A stretch of 35,476 nt of DNA, taken from positions 1 through 35,476 of the IMG/VR virus record IMGVR_UViG_3300045973_000766; one strand, given 5' to 3'. This DNA is from a virus. Taxonomy: Duplodnaviria > Caudoviricetes. Of the stretch, positions 17,611 through 25,459 are shown in pieces (position 1 is the stretch's first letter; every line of letters begins with the position of its first letter). The notes under the pieces were generated by a model that searched no databases, had not been told where the DNA came from, and was given only the letters and a program-made list of their open reading frames with translations. The translations under genes were made by a program, and so were the position numbers.

Positions 17611-18501
17611 TTATTTTTCTTGATTTTCAATATAGTAATCCAATAAAAATTGGCCACAGCTTGCCCCGATATCTAAACCAGGAGGTATATAATACTCATG
17701 CGAAATATTATATTTATCAAAATATCGTTTGAATATTTTTAATTTTTCTTGACTAGATGCGTGAAAATCTATGCTAGGTTTTTCATTAAAAAATAAAAAT
17801 TTAACATTAAAATCACGATCTTTCAGAAAGGTGCTTAGTAATATAGCATCTTGTTCTGTATCATTTACACCATCAATTAATGTATAATGAATTTCAACAG
17901 CATTCTTTGTTAATTTTTTATAAAAATCCACACAAGCTAAACTACTCATTATATCTAAACTTGCTGGCATCCATTCAGTTCTCAATATATCCATCGTATA
18001 ATGTAAAGATAAATGAATTTTTACTGGCAAATTATTATTTTTAATACCTTCAGTCAATTTATAAAAATTTAACCATTTGTTTTTTGGTATTGAGGTTGCA
18101 ATTGCAAATCTTACATAAGAGAAGCCGTGCTGCTCTAATTTTTTAAGCAGTATCATAGATTCAAGTACATTATAAACATTTAATATCGGTTCACCGCAGC
18201 CCATATAACTGATTAACAGAACTCTATCATTGTCTTTAAGATGTAAATCAGTTATTATATATGTCACAGATTCAAATATATCAACATAGCTTAAATCTAT
18301 ATTTTTAATTTTTCCAATAAAATCTGTAGTGTGACAAAATTTACAAGCCAAATTACACATAGTTTGTGATGGTACACAAATGATGTCTTTACCATCATTC
18401 TTATTTATATAAGAAAATTCAACAATTAAACCTTCATCTGTCTTAAAGATGTATTTTAATGTTGAATCTAATTTTGATTTAATAATTTCTATAAATTTCA
18501 T
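17611..18501 (-). CDS. RlmN/Cfr-like class A radical SAM RNA methyltransferase
   Basis: ICVPSQTMCNLACKFC (CxxxCxxC), MGCGEP, LSLH, GVND and DIGASCGQ. Start moved from the track TTG (18522) to ATG 18501 because the putative promoter overlaps the TTG. Confidence 0.88.
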   Translation of the reverse strand: MKFIEIIKSKLDSTLKYIFKTDEGLIVEFSYINKNDGKDIICVPSQTMCNLACKFCHTTDFIGKIKNIDLSYVDIFESVTYIITDLHLKDNDRVLLISYMGCGEPILNVYNVLESMILLKKLEQHGFSYVRFAIATSIPKNKWLNFYKLTEGIKNNNLPVKIHLSLHYTMDILRTEWMPASLDIMSSLACVDFYKKLTKNAVEIHYTLIDGVNDTEQDAILLSTFLKDRDFNVKFLFFNEKPSIDFHASSQEKLKIFKRYFDKYNISHEYYIPPGLDIGASCGQFLLDYYIENQEK

Positions 18502-18513
18502 AAGAGTTTTTCT

Positions 18514-18541
18514 TATATACAAAAAAAAATATGAAATGTTT
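18514..18541 (-). promoter_or_regulatory. Putative phage promoter AAACA-N17-TATATA
   Basis: Same bipartite motif, 12 nt before ATG 18501. Confidence 0.55.
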
Positions 18542-18603
18542 ATTAAAAATCAATATTGAGTTATTAAGAATATGAAAATTTATTTGAGAAATTAAAATAT
18601 AGA

Positions 18604-19233
18604 TTAATAATCTGCATTCATATAATGTGCAACTAAATACTCAGAATTTTTTTCTAATTTTTTGAATTTTAATCCCATACTCGCCATTTTAAACAAAAAA
18701 ACGAAATCTTGTCCATAACCTGTTGTCCAACAACCTTTTACACATTCCAAATTTTTATGACTTATTGAACTTGTGCCAATACTAGCCCATCTTGGTTCCA
18801 CAACTCTTAGAAAAAATTTCTTAAATGTGTTATCAAGAACCATCAGATCGTTATAAAAAATAAAATCCATAGAATCATCAAATCCATCAACTATAATTTG
18901 TAAATGATTTGGACCTAAAACATCATCAGAATCAAGATATGAAATTATATCACCATCAACCAAATCTAATGCTATATTTCTCATTGCACCTGAATATAAT
19001 TCTTGCTTTGGTATTTGTATTAATTTTATATTTATATCATTTGAAAAATATTTATTATATAATTCGATTGTCAATTGGCAGCCATCTGATACAACAACTA
19101 ATTCACAATTTTTGTAAGTTTGTTTTTTAAAACTATTAACAGCACGAATAAATTTTTTATCTGGGTTAGACCGACTTCCTGGATATGGTAAAAGATAACT
19201 GGCCATTATTACACTAACTTTTGGATTTAACAT
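18604..19233 (-). CDS. Glycosyltransferase family 2 (GT-A)
   Basis: KVSVIMASY, QTYKNCELVVVSDG, RNIAL and YLDSDD motifs. Confidence 0.92.
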   Translation of the reverse strand: MLNPKVSVIMASYLLPYPGSRSNPDKKFIRAVNSFKKQTYKNCELVVVSDGCQLTIELYNKYFSNDINIKLIQIPKQELYSGAMRNIALDLVDGDIISYLDSDDVLGPNHLQIIVDGFDDSMDFIFYNDLMVLDNTFKKFFLRVVEPRWASIGTSSISHKNLECVKGCWTTGYGQDFVFLFKMASMGLKFKKLEKNSEYLVAHYMNADY

Positions 19234-19254
19234 AAATATTATTATTTTTAAAAT

Positions 19255-19282
19255 TATATATTAAATTAAATTGAATTAGTTG
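19255..19282 (-). promoter_or_regulatory. Putative phage promoter CAACT-N17-TATATA
   Basis: Same bipartite motif, 21 nt before ATG 19233 and downstream of a terminator. Confidence 0.55.
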
Positions 19283-19304
19283 AAAATATTTATTTCTAGT
19301 ATTT

Positions 19305-19339
19305 AAAAAAACAAAACTCACATAATATGTGAGTTTTTT
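19305..19339 (-). terminator. Intrinsic terminator
   Basis: AAAACTCACAT-3 nt-ATGTGAGTTTT 11-bp stem immediately after the stop of 19341..19715, with a T-rich tail. Confidence 0.82.
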
Positions 19340-19340
19340 A

Positions 19341-19715
19341 TTACCAAGAATATGTTTTTAAGGGCCACCAAGTATATGTATTTGCGTCTGTTTGCATACA
19401 CACATCTAATGATGAACTATTACTAGTTTTTCTATATCTTAATGTACCAGCATTATATAAACTAGGAGGATCAGTATAATCAACTAGTTTAATTGTGTGA
19501 CATTCATTACATTGTATTTTAATATATATATCATCAAATTGTGAAGGTGATAATGTATACCCACTTCCAACACTAACCAAATCACCATTCAAATACCATT
19601 GAAAAGATGATTCAGTAGTATAACCTGAAGTTATAGTAAAAGTAACTGGTTGTCCATAACCAACTGTACAAACACCACCAGAAGAAACAGGAAAACTTTC
19701 TATTCTAATTGCCAT
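19341..19715 (-). CDS. Ig-like domain protein, putative virion surface/fibre component
   Basis: GQPVTFT...SFQWYLNG...GSGYTL is an Ig-like pattern; C-terminal NAGTLRY...CMQT...YTW module. Confidence 0.6.
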   Translation of the reverse strand: MAIRIESFPVSSGGVCTVGYGQPVTFTITSGYTTESSFQWYLNGDLVSVGSGYTLSPSQFDDIYIKIQCNECHTIKLVDYTDPPSLYNAGTLRYRKTSNSSSLDVCMQTDANTYTWWPLKTYSW

Positions 19716-19731
19716 TTATTTATTTTTATTT

Positions 19732-20733
19732 TTATAGTGTCCAATCAAAATTTAAAACTGATGGCTGAGTAAATAAATTAATATATGCTGATATTGGTCC
19801 ACCTCCTATATCATAAGTAAATGATATTGTAAAGCTATTACCAATAGTATTTGGAGCACCCAATGTTCCTGATAATGCAAGCCCGTGTAAAACACCGGCA
19901 TTTAATATATCATTAGTATTAGCATTAATTGATCCAGATGTAATTAAATTTGTAAATCCTCCTGAGCTTGTATTTGTCAATAAAACATTTGAATATGTAG
20001 CGAAAGATGCCGTACCATTATTCATTGTAAATTCATAATAAACTTTATCTGTAACTCCAGTATTAATAGTTAAAAAGTGAAGATTTAAATATACTTCATT
20101 TGGCGCAACTACCGTTGTTGTGGTAGTCGTTACAGGAACAGTTGTGGTAGTCGTTACCGGAACAGTTGTTGTGGTAGTCGTTACCGGAACAGTTGTTGTG
20201 GTAGTCGTTACAGGAATAGTTGTTGATGTCGTTGTTGTTGGAGCAGCAGTTGTTGATGTCGTTGTTGTTGGAGCAGCAGTTGTTGATGTCGTTGTTGTTG
20301 GACCAGCAGTTGTTGATGTCGTTGTTGTTGGACCAGCAGTTGTTGATGTCGTTGTTGTTGGACCAGCAGTTGTTGTCGTTGTTGTTGGAGCATGAGTTGT
20401 CGTTGTTGTTGTTGGAGCATGAGTTGTCGTTGTTGTTGTTGGAGCATGAGTTGTTGTCGTTGTTGTTGGACCAGCAGCAGTTGTTGATGTCGTTGTCGTT
20501 GGACTAGGTGAACCACAAGTAAATGGTAGAACTGTTGTACATACGCCTGTTGATCTTACTTCATACCAATGTGTATTAATAGGTGGCGTAAATGTATAGC
20601 CCGCAGCAAAATTTGCTTGAGAAACAGTGCCAAAAAGTGTCCAAGGTCCACTTATACTAACTGCACTTGTATATAAATTTAATGGATCACTTATATTTGA
20701 ACCAAAAGTTGTAATTGTAATTTTAACTGCCAT
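19732..20733 (-). CDS. Mucin-like Thr/Pro-repeat protein (two beta-rich domains joined by a ~130-aa Thr stalk)
   Basis: 14 units of T5-7 plus xxP/xPV; no signal peptide or transmembrane helix visible. Confidence 0.85.
   Translation of the reverse strand: MAVKITITTFGSNISDPLNLYTSAVSISGPWTLFGTVSQANFAAGYTFTPPINTHWYEVRSTGVCTTVLPFTCGSPSPTTTTSTTAAGPTTTTTTHAPTTTTTTHAPTTTTTTHAPTTTTTTAGPTTTTSTTAGPTTTTSTTAGPTTTTSTTAAPTTTTSTTAAPTTTTSTTIPVTTTTTTVPVTTTTTTVPVTTTTTVPVTTTTTTVVAPNEVYLNLHFLTINTGVTDKVYYEFTMNNGTASFATYSNVLLTNTSSGGFTNLITSGSINANTNDILNAGVLHGLALSGTLGAPNTIGNSFTISFTYDIGGGPISAYINLFTQPSVLNFDWTL
20110..20503 (-). repeat. Coding tandem repeats of 24-33 bp
   Basis: Near-perfect 30-bp units GTTGTTGATGTCGTTGTTGTTGGA(G/C)CAGCA at about 20219-20370, flanked by two 27-bp unit families. 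Confidence 0.95.
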
Positions 20734-20754
20734 ATCGTTTATTTTTTTTATTTT

Positions 20755-21021
20755 TTATACCACACACACAATAGAATATCCTGCATAACTACAAGGACAA
20801 TCAATATTATATCCTAAAAATGCACAAGGATCTCCAACAATATTCATTTCAATTGTATTAGAAATTATATTAGTACAAATATCAGATAACACCCAAGATT
20901 TTAAATCTTCACCAGTTATTTTTTTAGCTAAGGAATGATATGAATTTTTATCAACTGGAATAATAATATCGTTCAAATCTGTTTCAATCTCTAAATCTCT
21001 AATTCTAATTATATTTGGCAT
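20755..21021 (-). CDS. Small putative virion fibre/decoration adaptor with Cys-rich tail
   Basis: IRIRDL...IIPVD...AKKITGEDLK resembles the N-terminal motif of phage fibre proteins; first gene of the mucin-like operon. Confidence 0.5.
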   Translation of the reverse strand: MPNIIRIRDLEIETDLNDIIIPVDKNSYHSLAKKITGEDLKSWVLSDICTNIISNTIEMNIVGDPCAFLGYNIDCPCSYAGYSIVCVV

Positions 21022-21040
21022 TAAGAATTGTTATTTTTCA

Positions 21041-21112
21041 TATATATATTAATTTTTTAAAGTGTATTTTTGTTTTTTCAAAATTATTTTCAATTAAATA
21101 TTTTTATATATA
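21041..21112. promoter_or_regulatory. Divergent pair of TATATATA elements (21041-21048 for the - operon, 21105-21112 for the + operon)
   Basis: One element sits shortly before each divergent ATG. Confidence 0.55.
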
Positions 21113-21116
21113 AGAT

Positions 21117-21476
21117 ATGATAACAAAATTCAAGTTATTTGAGAAGAATGATGATAAAAAAGATTGGAAATTGAAATTAGATATTTCTAAAATCTGGAAA
21201 GATACAGTTTATGATAATGTCAATGAATTACAGACATTTAATGATCAGTATATAAACTTTTTAAATACAAATAAAGATTTAATAGTTCAAAAAACATCTG
21301 AAAATGCTTGGATTAAATTACAAGAATTAATAACTAGATTAACTGAAAATAAAGATAAAATAGTAGAAAGTAATTCAGTTTGGGATGATATTTATGATTG
21401 GGCTGATAGTAATATGATTGAAATAAAAACTGAAAATAATGTTGCTGAAAATAATAACTTAAAAACAGATTTTTAA
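21117..21476 (+). CDS. Hypothetical protein with MITKFKLFE leader (putative internal head protein)
   Basis: Shared N-terminal motif. Confidence 0.75.
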   Translation: MITKFKLFEKNDDKKDWKLKLDISKIWKDTVYDNVNELQTFNDQYINFLNTNKDLIVQKTSENAWIKLQELITRLTENKDKIVESNSVWDDIYDWADSNMIEIKTENNVAENNNLKTDF

Positions 21477-21491
21477 AAAATAATAAAATAG

Positions 21492-21836
21492 ATGATAACG
21501 AAATTCAAATTATACGAGCAATTAGGCGGTTACAACCTTGGAGATATTGTATTAATATTATATCAAGTACCAAAAACAAACAAAAAAGAACTTGTCCCAG
21601 TTAAAATAATAACTGAGGATGGTATTCATTATCAATTCTCATTTGATTGTCAAAATAATCCATTTCAACATCAAAGACCAATTCCATATGACAAAAGTAT
21701 GGTTATAAATAAAACTGAAGATCAAAAAGAACCGTATAAACCATCTTGGACACAAGAACAGCCAATGAGTACAGACTACTCACCAGCATCTAATCCAAAT
21801 CAAATGACAAATGATTTTGTATTGCCTAATTCTTAA
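21492..21836 (+). CDS. Hypothetical SH3-like protein with MITKFKLYE leader
   Basis: Shared leader; YNLGDIVLI...VPVKII pattern. Confidence 0.75.
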   Translation: MITKFKLYEQLGGYNLGDIVLILYQVPKTNKKELVPVKIITEDGIHYQFSFDCQNNPFQHQRPIPYDKSMVINKTEDQKEPYKPSWTQEQPMSTDYSPASNPNQMTNDFVLPNS

Positions 21837-21838
21837 TA

Positions 21839-21851
21839 ATTTATATATATA
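21839..21851 (+). promoter_or_regulatory. Putative late promoter TATATATATA
   Basis: TATATATATA at 21842-21851 in a 21-nt intergenic gap. Confidence 0.5.
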
Positions 21852-21857
21852 GAGGTA

Positions 21858-22298
21858 ATGAAAAATGAAAAAAATAATATGATAACAAGATTTGAAAAAC
21901 TTTTTGAAGAATTAGAAGACATAATAGTAAATATAGAAAATGATAAAACAGAATATACAGATGAAATAAAGCACAACCTATCAATTATTACATATAAAAG
22001 AAAAAATGCTCCTAAGCCAATAAGAATACTTGATATTAGTGGTTATTATAACAAAATAGATTCAAAAAATGTCAATTTGCTATATAGCACATATTTAATT
22101 GTAAATTTAACAAATAAAGATAAAATAGAAGCAAAACTATCTGTTTGTAAAAATAGTGAAGAGAATAATATCTATATAAAAATTAATAATGACTTAATTT
22201 ATGATATGGATAATAAGGAATTCAATAATGAAATATTTGTTGATAAATTAACGAGAAAATATAAAGAATATATACTAAAAAATTATACAATAAGATAA
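21858..22298 (+). CDS. Hypothetical protein; probable start at 21879 gives MITRFEKLFEE leader
   Basis: Met8 begins the shared leader motif. Confidence 0.75.
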   Translation: MKNEKNNMITRFEKLFEELEDIIVNIENDKTEYTDEIKHNLSIITYKRKNAPKPIRILDISGYYNKIDSKNVNLLYSTYLIVNLTNKDKIEAKLSVCKNSEENNIYIKINNDLIYDMDNKEFNNEIFVDKLTRKYKEYILKNYTIR

Positions 22299-22312
22299 AA
22301 ATAAGATAAAAA

Positions 22313-22702
22313 ATGGAAAAAATAATAAATTATTCAGATTATGAATTGAATGAATCATCAATAGAAATTGAAAATTCAGAAGAAGGAGTTTATATATTAA
22401 CACTACATGATATTCATAATATTGTAAATGGATTTACAGATGAAGAAGTTGAAGAAGCTAATATACTTAATGTATTGCAAGATTATAAATTCGTTAAAAT
22501 GGAAGATGCAGAATTAATTGAAGCTGATGATGACGATGACGATGATGACGATGATGACGATGATGACGATGATGACGATGATGACGATGATGACGATGAT
22601 GACGATGACGATGATGACGATGATGACGATGAAGTAATAGAACTTGATGAACTTTCATCTGATGATGAAAATCCATTATTTATAAAAAAATTCGAAGAAT
22701 AA
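22313..22702 (+). CDS. Hyper-acidic poly-Asp protein
   Basis: 129 aa with 35 consecutive Asp; leader-like KIINYSDYELNE. Confidence 0.8.
   Translation: MEKIINYSDYELNESSIEIENSEEGVYILTLHDIHNIVNGFTDEEVEEANILNVLQDYKFVKMEDAELIEADDDDDDDDDDDDDDDDDDDDDDDDDDDDDDDDDDDEVIELDELSSDDENPLFIKKFEE
22526..22630 (+). repeat. (GATGATGAC)n coding microsatellite, 105 bp
   Basis: Uninterrupted GAT/GAC run, mostly with a 9-bp period. Confidence 0.95.
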
Positions 22703-22703
22703 T

Positions 22704-22988
22704 ATGAAAAAATTTACAAACCTAGAAGATGATTTAATTAAAGAAAATGCGGAGGTTGCTCAAAAATTTAATGTCCTTTATAAAAATGCATTAATAAAAT
22801 TAGATCAAATTAAAATATCATTAGATGACTTCGCAATTGAGCAAGTAAAAAAACCAGGTGATTGGGGTTACGTCGGTTCACTTCGTCACATCAATGAAGA
22901 ATTAGATGATATTTTAGAATTTTTAAGTCTAAATGATGAAAACAAAATTTTTGTATCATCAAATCCAAATTACAGTGATCAAGGTTAA
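22704..22988 (+). CDS. Hypothetical helical-hairpin protein with MKKFTNLE leader
   Basis: DWGYVGSLRHINEELDDILEFL core. Confidence 0.75.
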   Translation: MKKFTNLEDDLIKENAEVAQKFNVLYKNALIKLDQIKISLDDFAIEQVKKPGDWGYVGSLRHINEELDDILEFLSLNDENKIFVSSNPNYSDQG

Positions 22989-22990
22989 TT

Positions 22991-23392
22991 ATGACAGATA
23001 TAACAACTAAATTCAACGATTTCAAAGATAAGAAAGTTAAAAAATTTGAAAAAGATAAAGAGTTTCAGCCTTTATCTGATGATATTATTGCTATATCAAG
23101 ATTAGATAATGGCGACTATAAAAAAGTCAAAGGGCCAGTTCAAATTGTTCAAATAACTGGTGTAATAACAGATGAAGATGAAATAAAAAGATTAGATGAG
23201 ATTGCTGGAGGTCCAGTTCTTAACACAGATTTAAGTCTTAAACAAGTTAAAAGAGGTGACACAATTTGGTTGACAGCACTTTTACAAAAACCCTCAAGTT
23301 CAACAGTATATAATTCTCAAACAATGTCAGTAATTAAAGCTAGAATTGTTGATATATATTATGGACTTAATAAATTAAATCAAATGAAATGA
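22991..23392 (+). CDS. Hypothetical protein with ITTKFNDF leader
   Basis: 133 aa in a tightly packed operon. Confidence 0.75.
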   Translation: MTDITTKFNDFKDKKVKKFEKDKEFQPLSDDIIAISRLDNGDYKKVKGPVQIVQITGVITDEDEIKRLDEIAGGPVLNTDLSLKQVKRGDTIWLTALLQKPSSSTVYNSQTMSVIKARIVDIYYGLNKLNQMK

Positions 23393-23694
23393 AAAAACTT
23401 AAAAATTTTGAAGATCATACCACAGTAAATTTTAGTGATCTTTATGGAAGTGGTCGGTCATATAGTAATTGGTCACCAAATTTTATGATAAATAAATCTA
23501 GAGGTAGAAATCCATATGTAAAAGGACCAGATGGTATGTTAGTAGAAGTTGATCCTAGAAAAAGTGTACCAAAAGATACAATATATTTAGATCCTAGCCA
23601 AGTTGTAAAATATAATGAAATTACTAAAGAAATTAATAAGCTAAAAGAAGAACAAAACATTTTATTTGCAAATAGAGAAGATATTATATCATGA
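23389..23694 (+). CDS. Hypothetical protein with MKKLKNFE leader
   Basis: ATGA overlaps at both ends. Confidence 0.75.
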   Translation: MKKLKNFEDHTTVNFSDLYGSGRSYSNWSPNFMINKSRGRNPYVKGPDGMLVEVDPRKSVPKDTIYLDPSQVVKYNEITKEINKLKEEQNILFANREDIIS

Positions 23695-23909
23695 TAAAAA
23701 AATTTAGTAAATATTTAATAAAAGAAAGTCTGTTTACAATTGTGGATCTATCCTATAAAATTGCGGAAGCAGGATATGATAAAGAAGCAATACAAAGTAT
23801 TTTATCAAAAGCATTTAGACTTGATGGTGATGATGGTGTAATTAAAATGTCTAAGGAATTCGGGTATAATGTTGAGCCTTTAGGTAAAGGTAGATACATA
23901 TTAAAATAA
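23691..23909 (+). CDS. Hypothetical protein with MIKKFSKYLIKE leader
   Basis: 72 aa; ATGA overlap with the upstream gene. Confidence 0.75.
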   Translation: MIKKFSKYLIKESLFTIVDLSYKIAEAGYDKEAIQSILSKAFRLDGDDGVIKMSKEFGYNVEPLGKGRYILK

Positions 23910-23917
23910 TTAAAAAT

Positions 23918-24076
23918 ATGCCAAGCAAATCAAAATCCCAACAACGACTTTTTGGAATGATTCATGCATTTCAAAAAGGTAAATTAAAAAATGCTTCACC
24001 TGAAATTAAAAAAATTGCAAAAAGCATAGATTATGAAGATGCTACACATTTTGCGGAAACTAAGCCAATTTATTAA
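23918..24076 (+). CDS. Small basic protein, DUF3008-like (not in ORF track)
   Basis: Hand translation gives MPSKSKSQQRLFGMIHAFQKGKLKNASPEIKKIAKSIDYEDATHFAETKPIY, matching the MPxKSKxQQ...FAxTK pattern. Confidence 0.75.
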   Translation: MPSKSKSQQRLFGMIHAFQKGKLKNASPEIKKIAKSIDYEDATHFAETKPIY

Positions 24077-24083
24077 TGAAAAA

Positions 24084-24815
24084 TTATCGTCTAATTCTAA
24101 TTTGAATAGCATTTAATATTGGTTTATCGGAAACTAATACAAGATAACCACCACCACCCGCACCACTTAATTTCCAACCAAGTGATAATGATTTATATTT
24201 ATCTATCTGCTTCAAAATATGATCATTGACCATATGAGGAAACATTTTTATTTGTGCTTCAAAACTTTTTGTAAATGTTAAGCCAAAATCTATCAAATTT
24301 TTATTTTGAATTGCTTTCCAACAATCATCAGCAGCATCAGCTAAATCTTTAGCATTTAATTTATTAATTTGGGTATCTATTAATACATTATAATCATTAT
24401 TTCTTGGGTCTAATGTAATAAGCCATAAATTATTTTCAATAAATTCAATAATTTCATTATCTACAATTTTTATAATATTTGAAGGCCAATATTGATCACT
24501 TTCATATTCTAATTTATTAACACCTGGAAATACAATTCCAATAGAATCTTGTGAGCCAGAAATATATTTTGTTCCAGGCGGATTATCAAAACTAAACAAA
24601 ATCTTTGCTAATAATTCTAAATTTTTTTCAGGAATATCTGTTTCCCAAAGCTCAATGGCTTTTTTACGGGTACTACTTGACATACCACTTCTATCATTAA
24701 AATCATATTCAGGTTCAATAGAAATTGTAATAACTGAGCCAGGATAATATTCTGACACATAAGGCTGATCAAGCCAACCACCAGCAATATCAAGACGAAA
24801 TGGTATTCTAGACAT
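24084..24815 (-). CDS. GHMP-family sugar(-phosphate) kinase (HddA-like)
   Basis: PFRLDIAGGWLD, SGMSSS, SGSQD and GWKLSGAGGGGYL motifs. Confidence 0.88.
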   Translation of the reverse strand: MSRIPFRLDIAGGWLDQPYVSEYYPGSVITISIEPEYDFNDRSGMSSSTRKKAIELWETDIPEKNLELLAKILFSFDNPPGTKYISGSQDSIGIVFPGVNKLEYESDQYWPSNIIKIVDNEIIEFIENNLWLITLDPRNNDYNVLIDTQINKLNAKDLADAADDCWKAIQNKNLIDFGLTFTKSFEAQIKMFPHMVNDHILKQIDKYKSLSLGWKLSGAGGGGYLVLVSDKPILNAIQIRIRR

Positions 24816-24829
24816 AAATAATTTTTATT

Positions 24830-25459
24830 TTAAGATAAAACTCTGGTCCATACATTTGCTGCTTTGTTATATAAGCAAGTTATAACACCAAGTTTAACAG
24901 AATTTTCTAATATTTTTATATTTTTACTCAATATATAATCTTTGACAAGCCATTCAACACATTTATCATAATCATTTACATTTATCAAATTAATAAATTC
25001 TATAAATAATTTCTTTTTAAATCCAAAGAAAAAAGTATGAACACCTCTATCACCATAATAAATATCACCATCTTTTTTTGCTATAAAATCTGAATCTATA
25101 TTCAATATAGTATCAGTGATCATCAAATATCTTCCAGAAATTTTAATTATTAAATCATCATCAGAAATTTTAGAATTTTCTAAAAAATCTTTGATATGAA
25201 ACATCTCATTTATACCTTTATTTGTGAAAGAATTATCAAAATTTGAATAATAAACATTTATTCCACTATTTTCTAAAAAATCAACCTTTTCTTTTGATAC
25301 AGTTTCAATAATTATAATTGTATCAAACTTATGCTTCAGTTCTAGAGCGCAATCAAAACTTTTTTGATAATCTGATACTCTCTGTTCATATGAATATCCC
25401 AATTTTTTTAAACATTGATCTTCAGATATTGTCGCTGTTGTTATTATTAAATGCTTCAT
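24830..25459 (-). CDS. Putative glycosyltransferase-like protein
   Basis: ERxxxY-like EQRVSDY, NKGINE and IIKISGRY patterns seen in glycan-locus proteins; operon context. Confidence 0.5.
   Translation of the reverse strand: MKHLIITTATISEDQCLKKLGYSYEQRVSDYQKSFDCALELKHKFDTIIIIETVSKEKVDFLENSGINVYYSNFDNSFTNKGINEMFHIKDFLENSKISDDDLIIKISGRYLMITDTILNIDSDFIAKKDGDIYYGDRGVHTFFFGFKKKLFIEFINLINVNDYDKCVEWLVKDYILSKNIKILENSVKLGVITCLYNKAANVWTRVLS

Noticed and set aside
17611-18501. Calling the radical SAM gene a cfr antibiotic-resistance gene
   Set aside because: Motifs cannot separate m2A from m8A chemistry by eye; phylogeny and assay are needed.
20110-20503. CRISPR array or DGR template/variable repeats
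   Set aside because: Repeats are contiguous, in-frame and lack unique spacers; no cas or reverse transcriptase gene in the window.
20120-20516. Poly-Val, poly-Gln and Leu-rich ORFs 20120..20395, 20208..20516 and 20220..20507
   Set aside because: Alternative-frame shadows of the Thr repeat in 19732..20733.
22494-22676. His/Arg-rich ORF resembling a metal-binding peptide
   Set aside because: Antisense shadow of the poly-Asp microsatellite; TTG start and no independent support.
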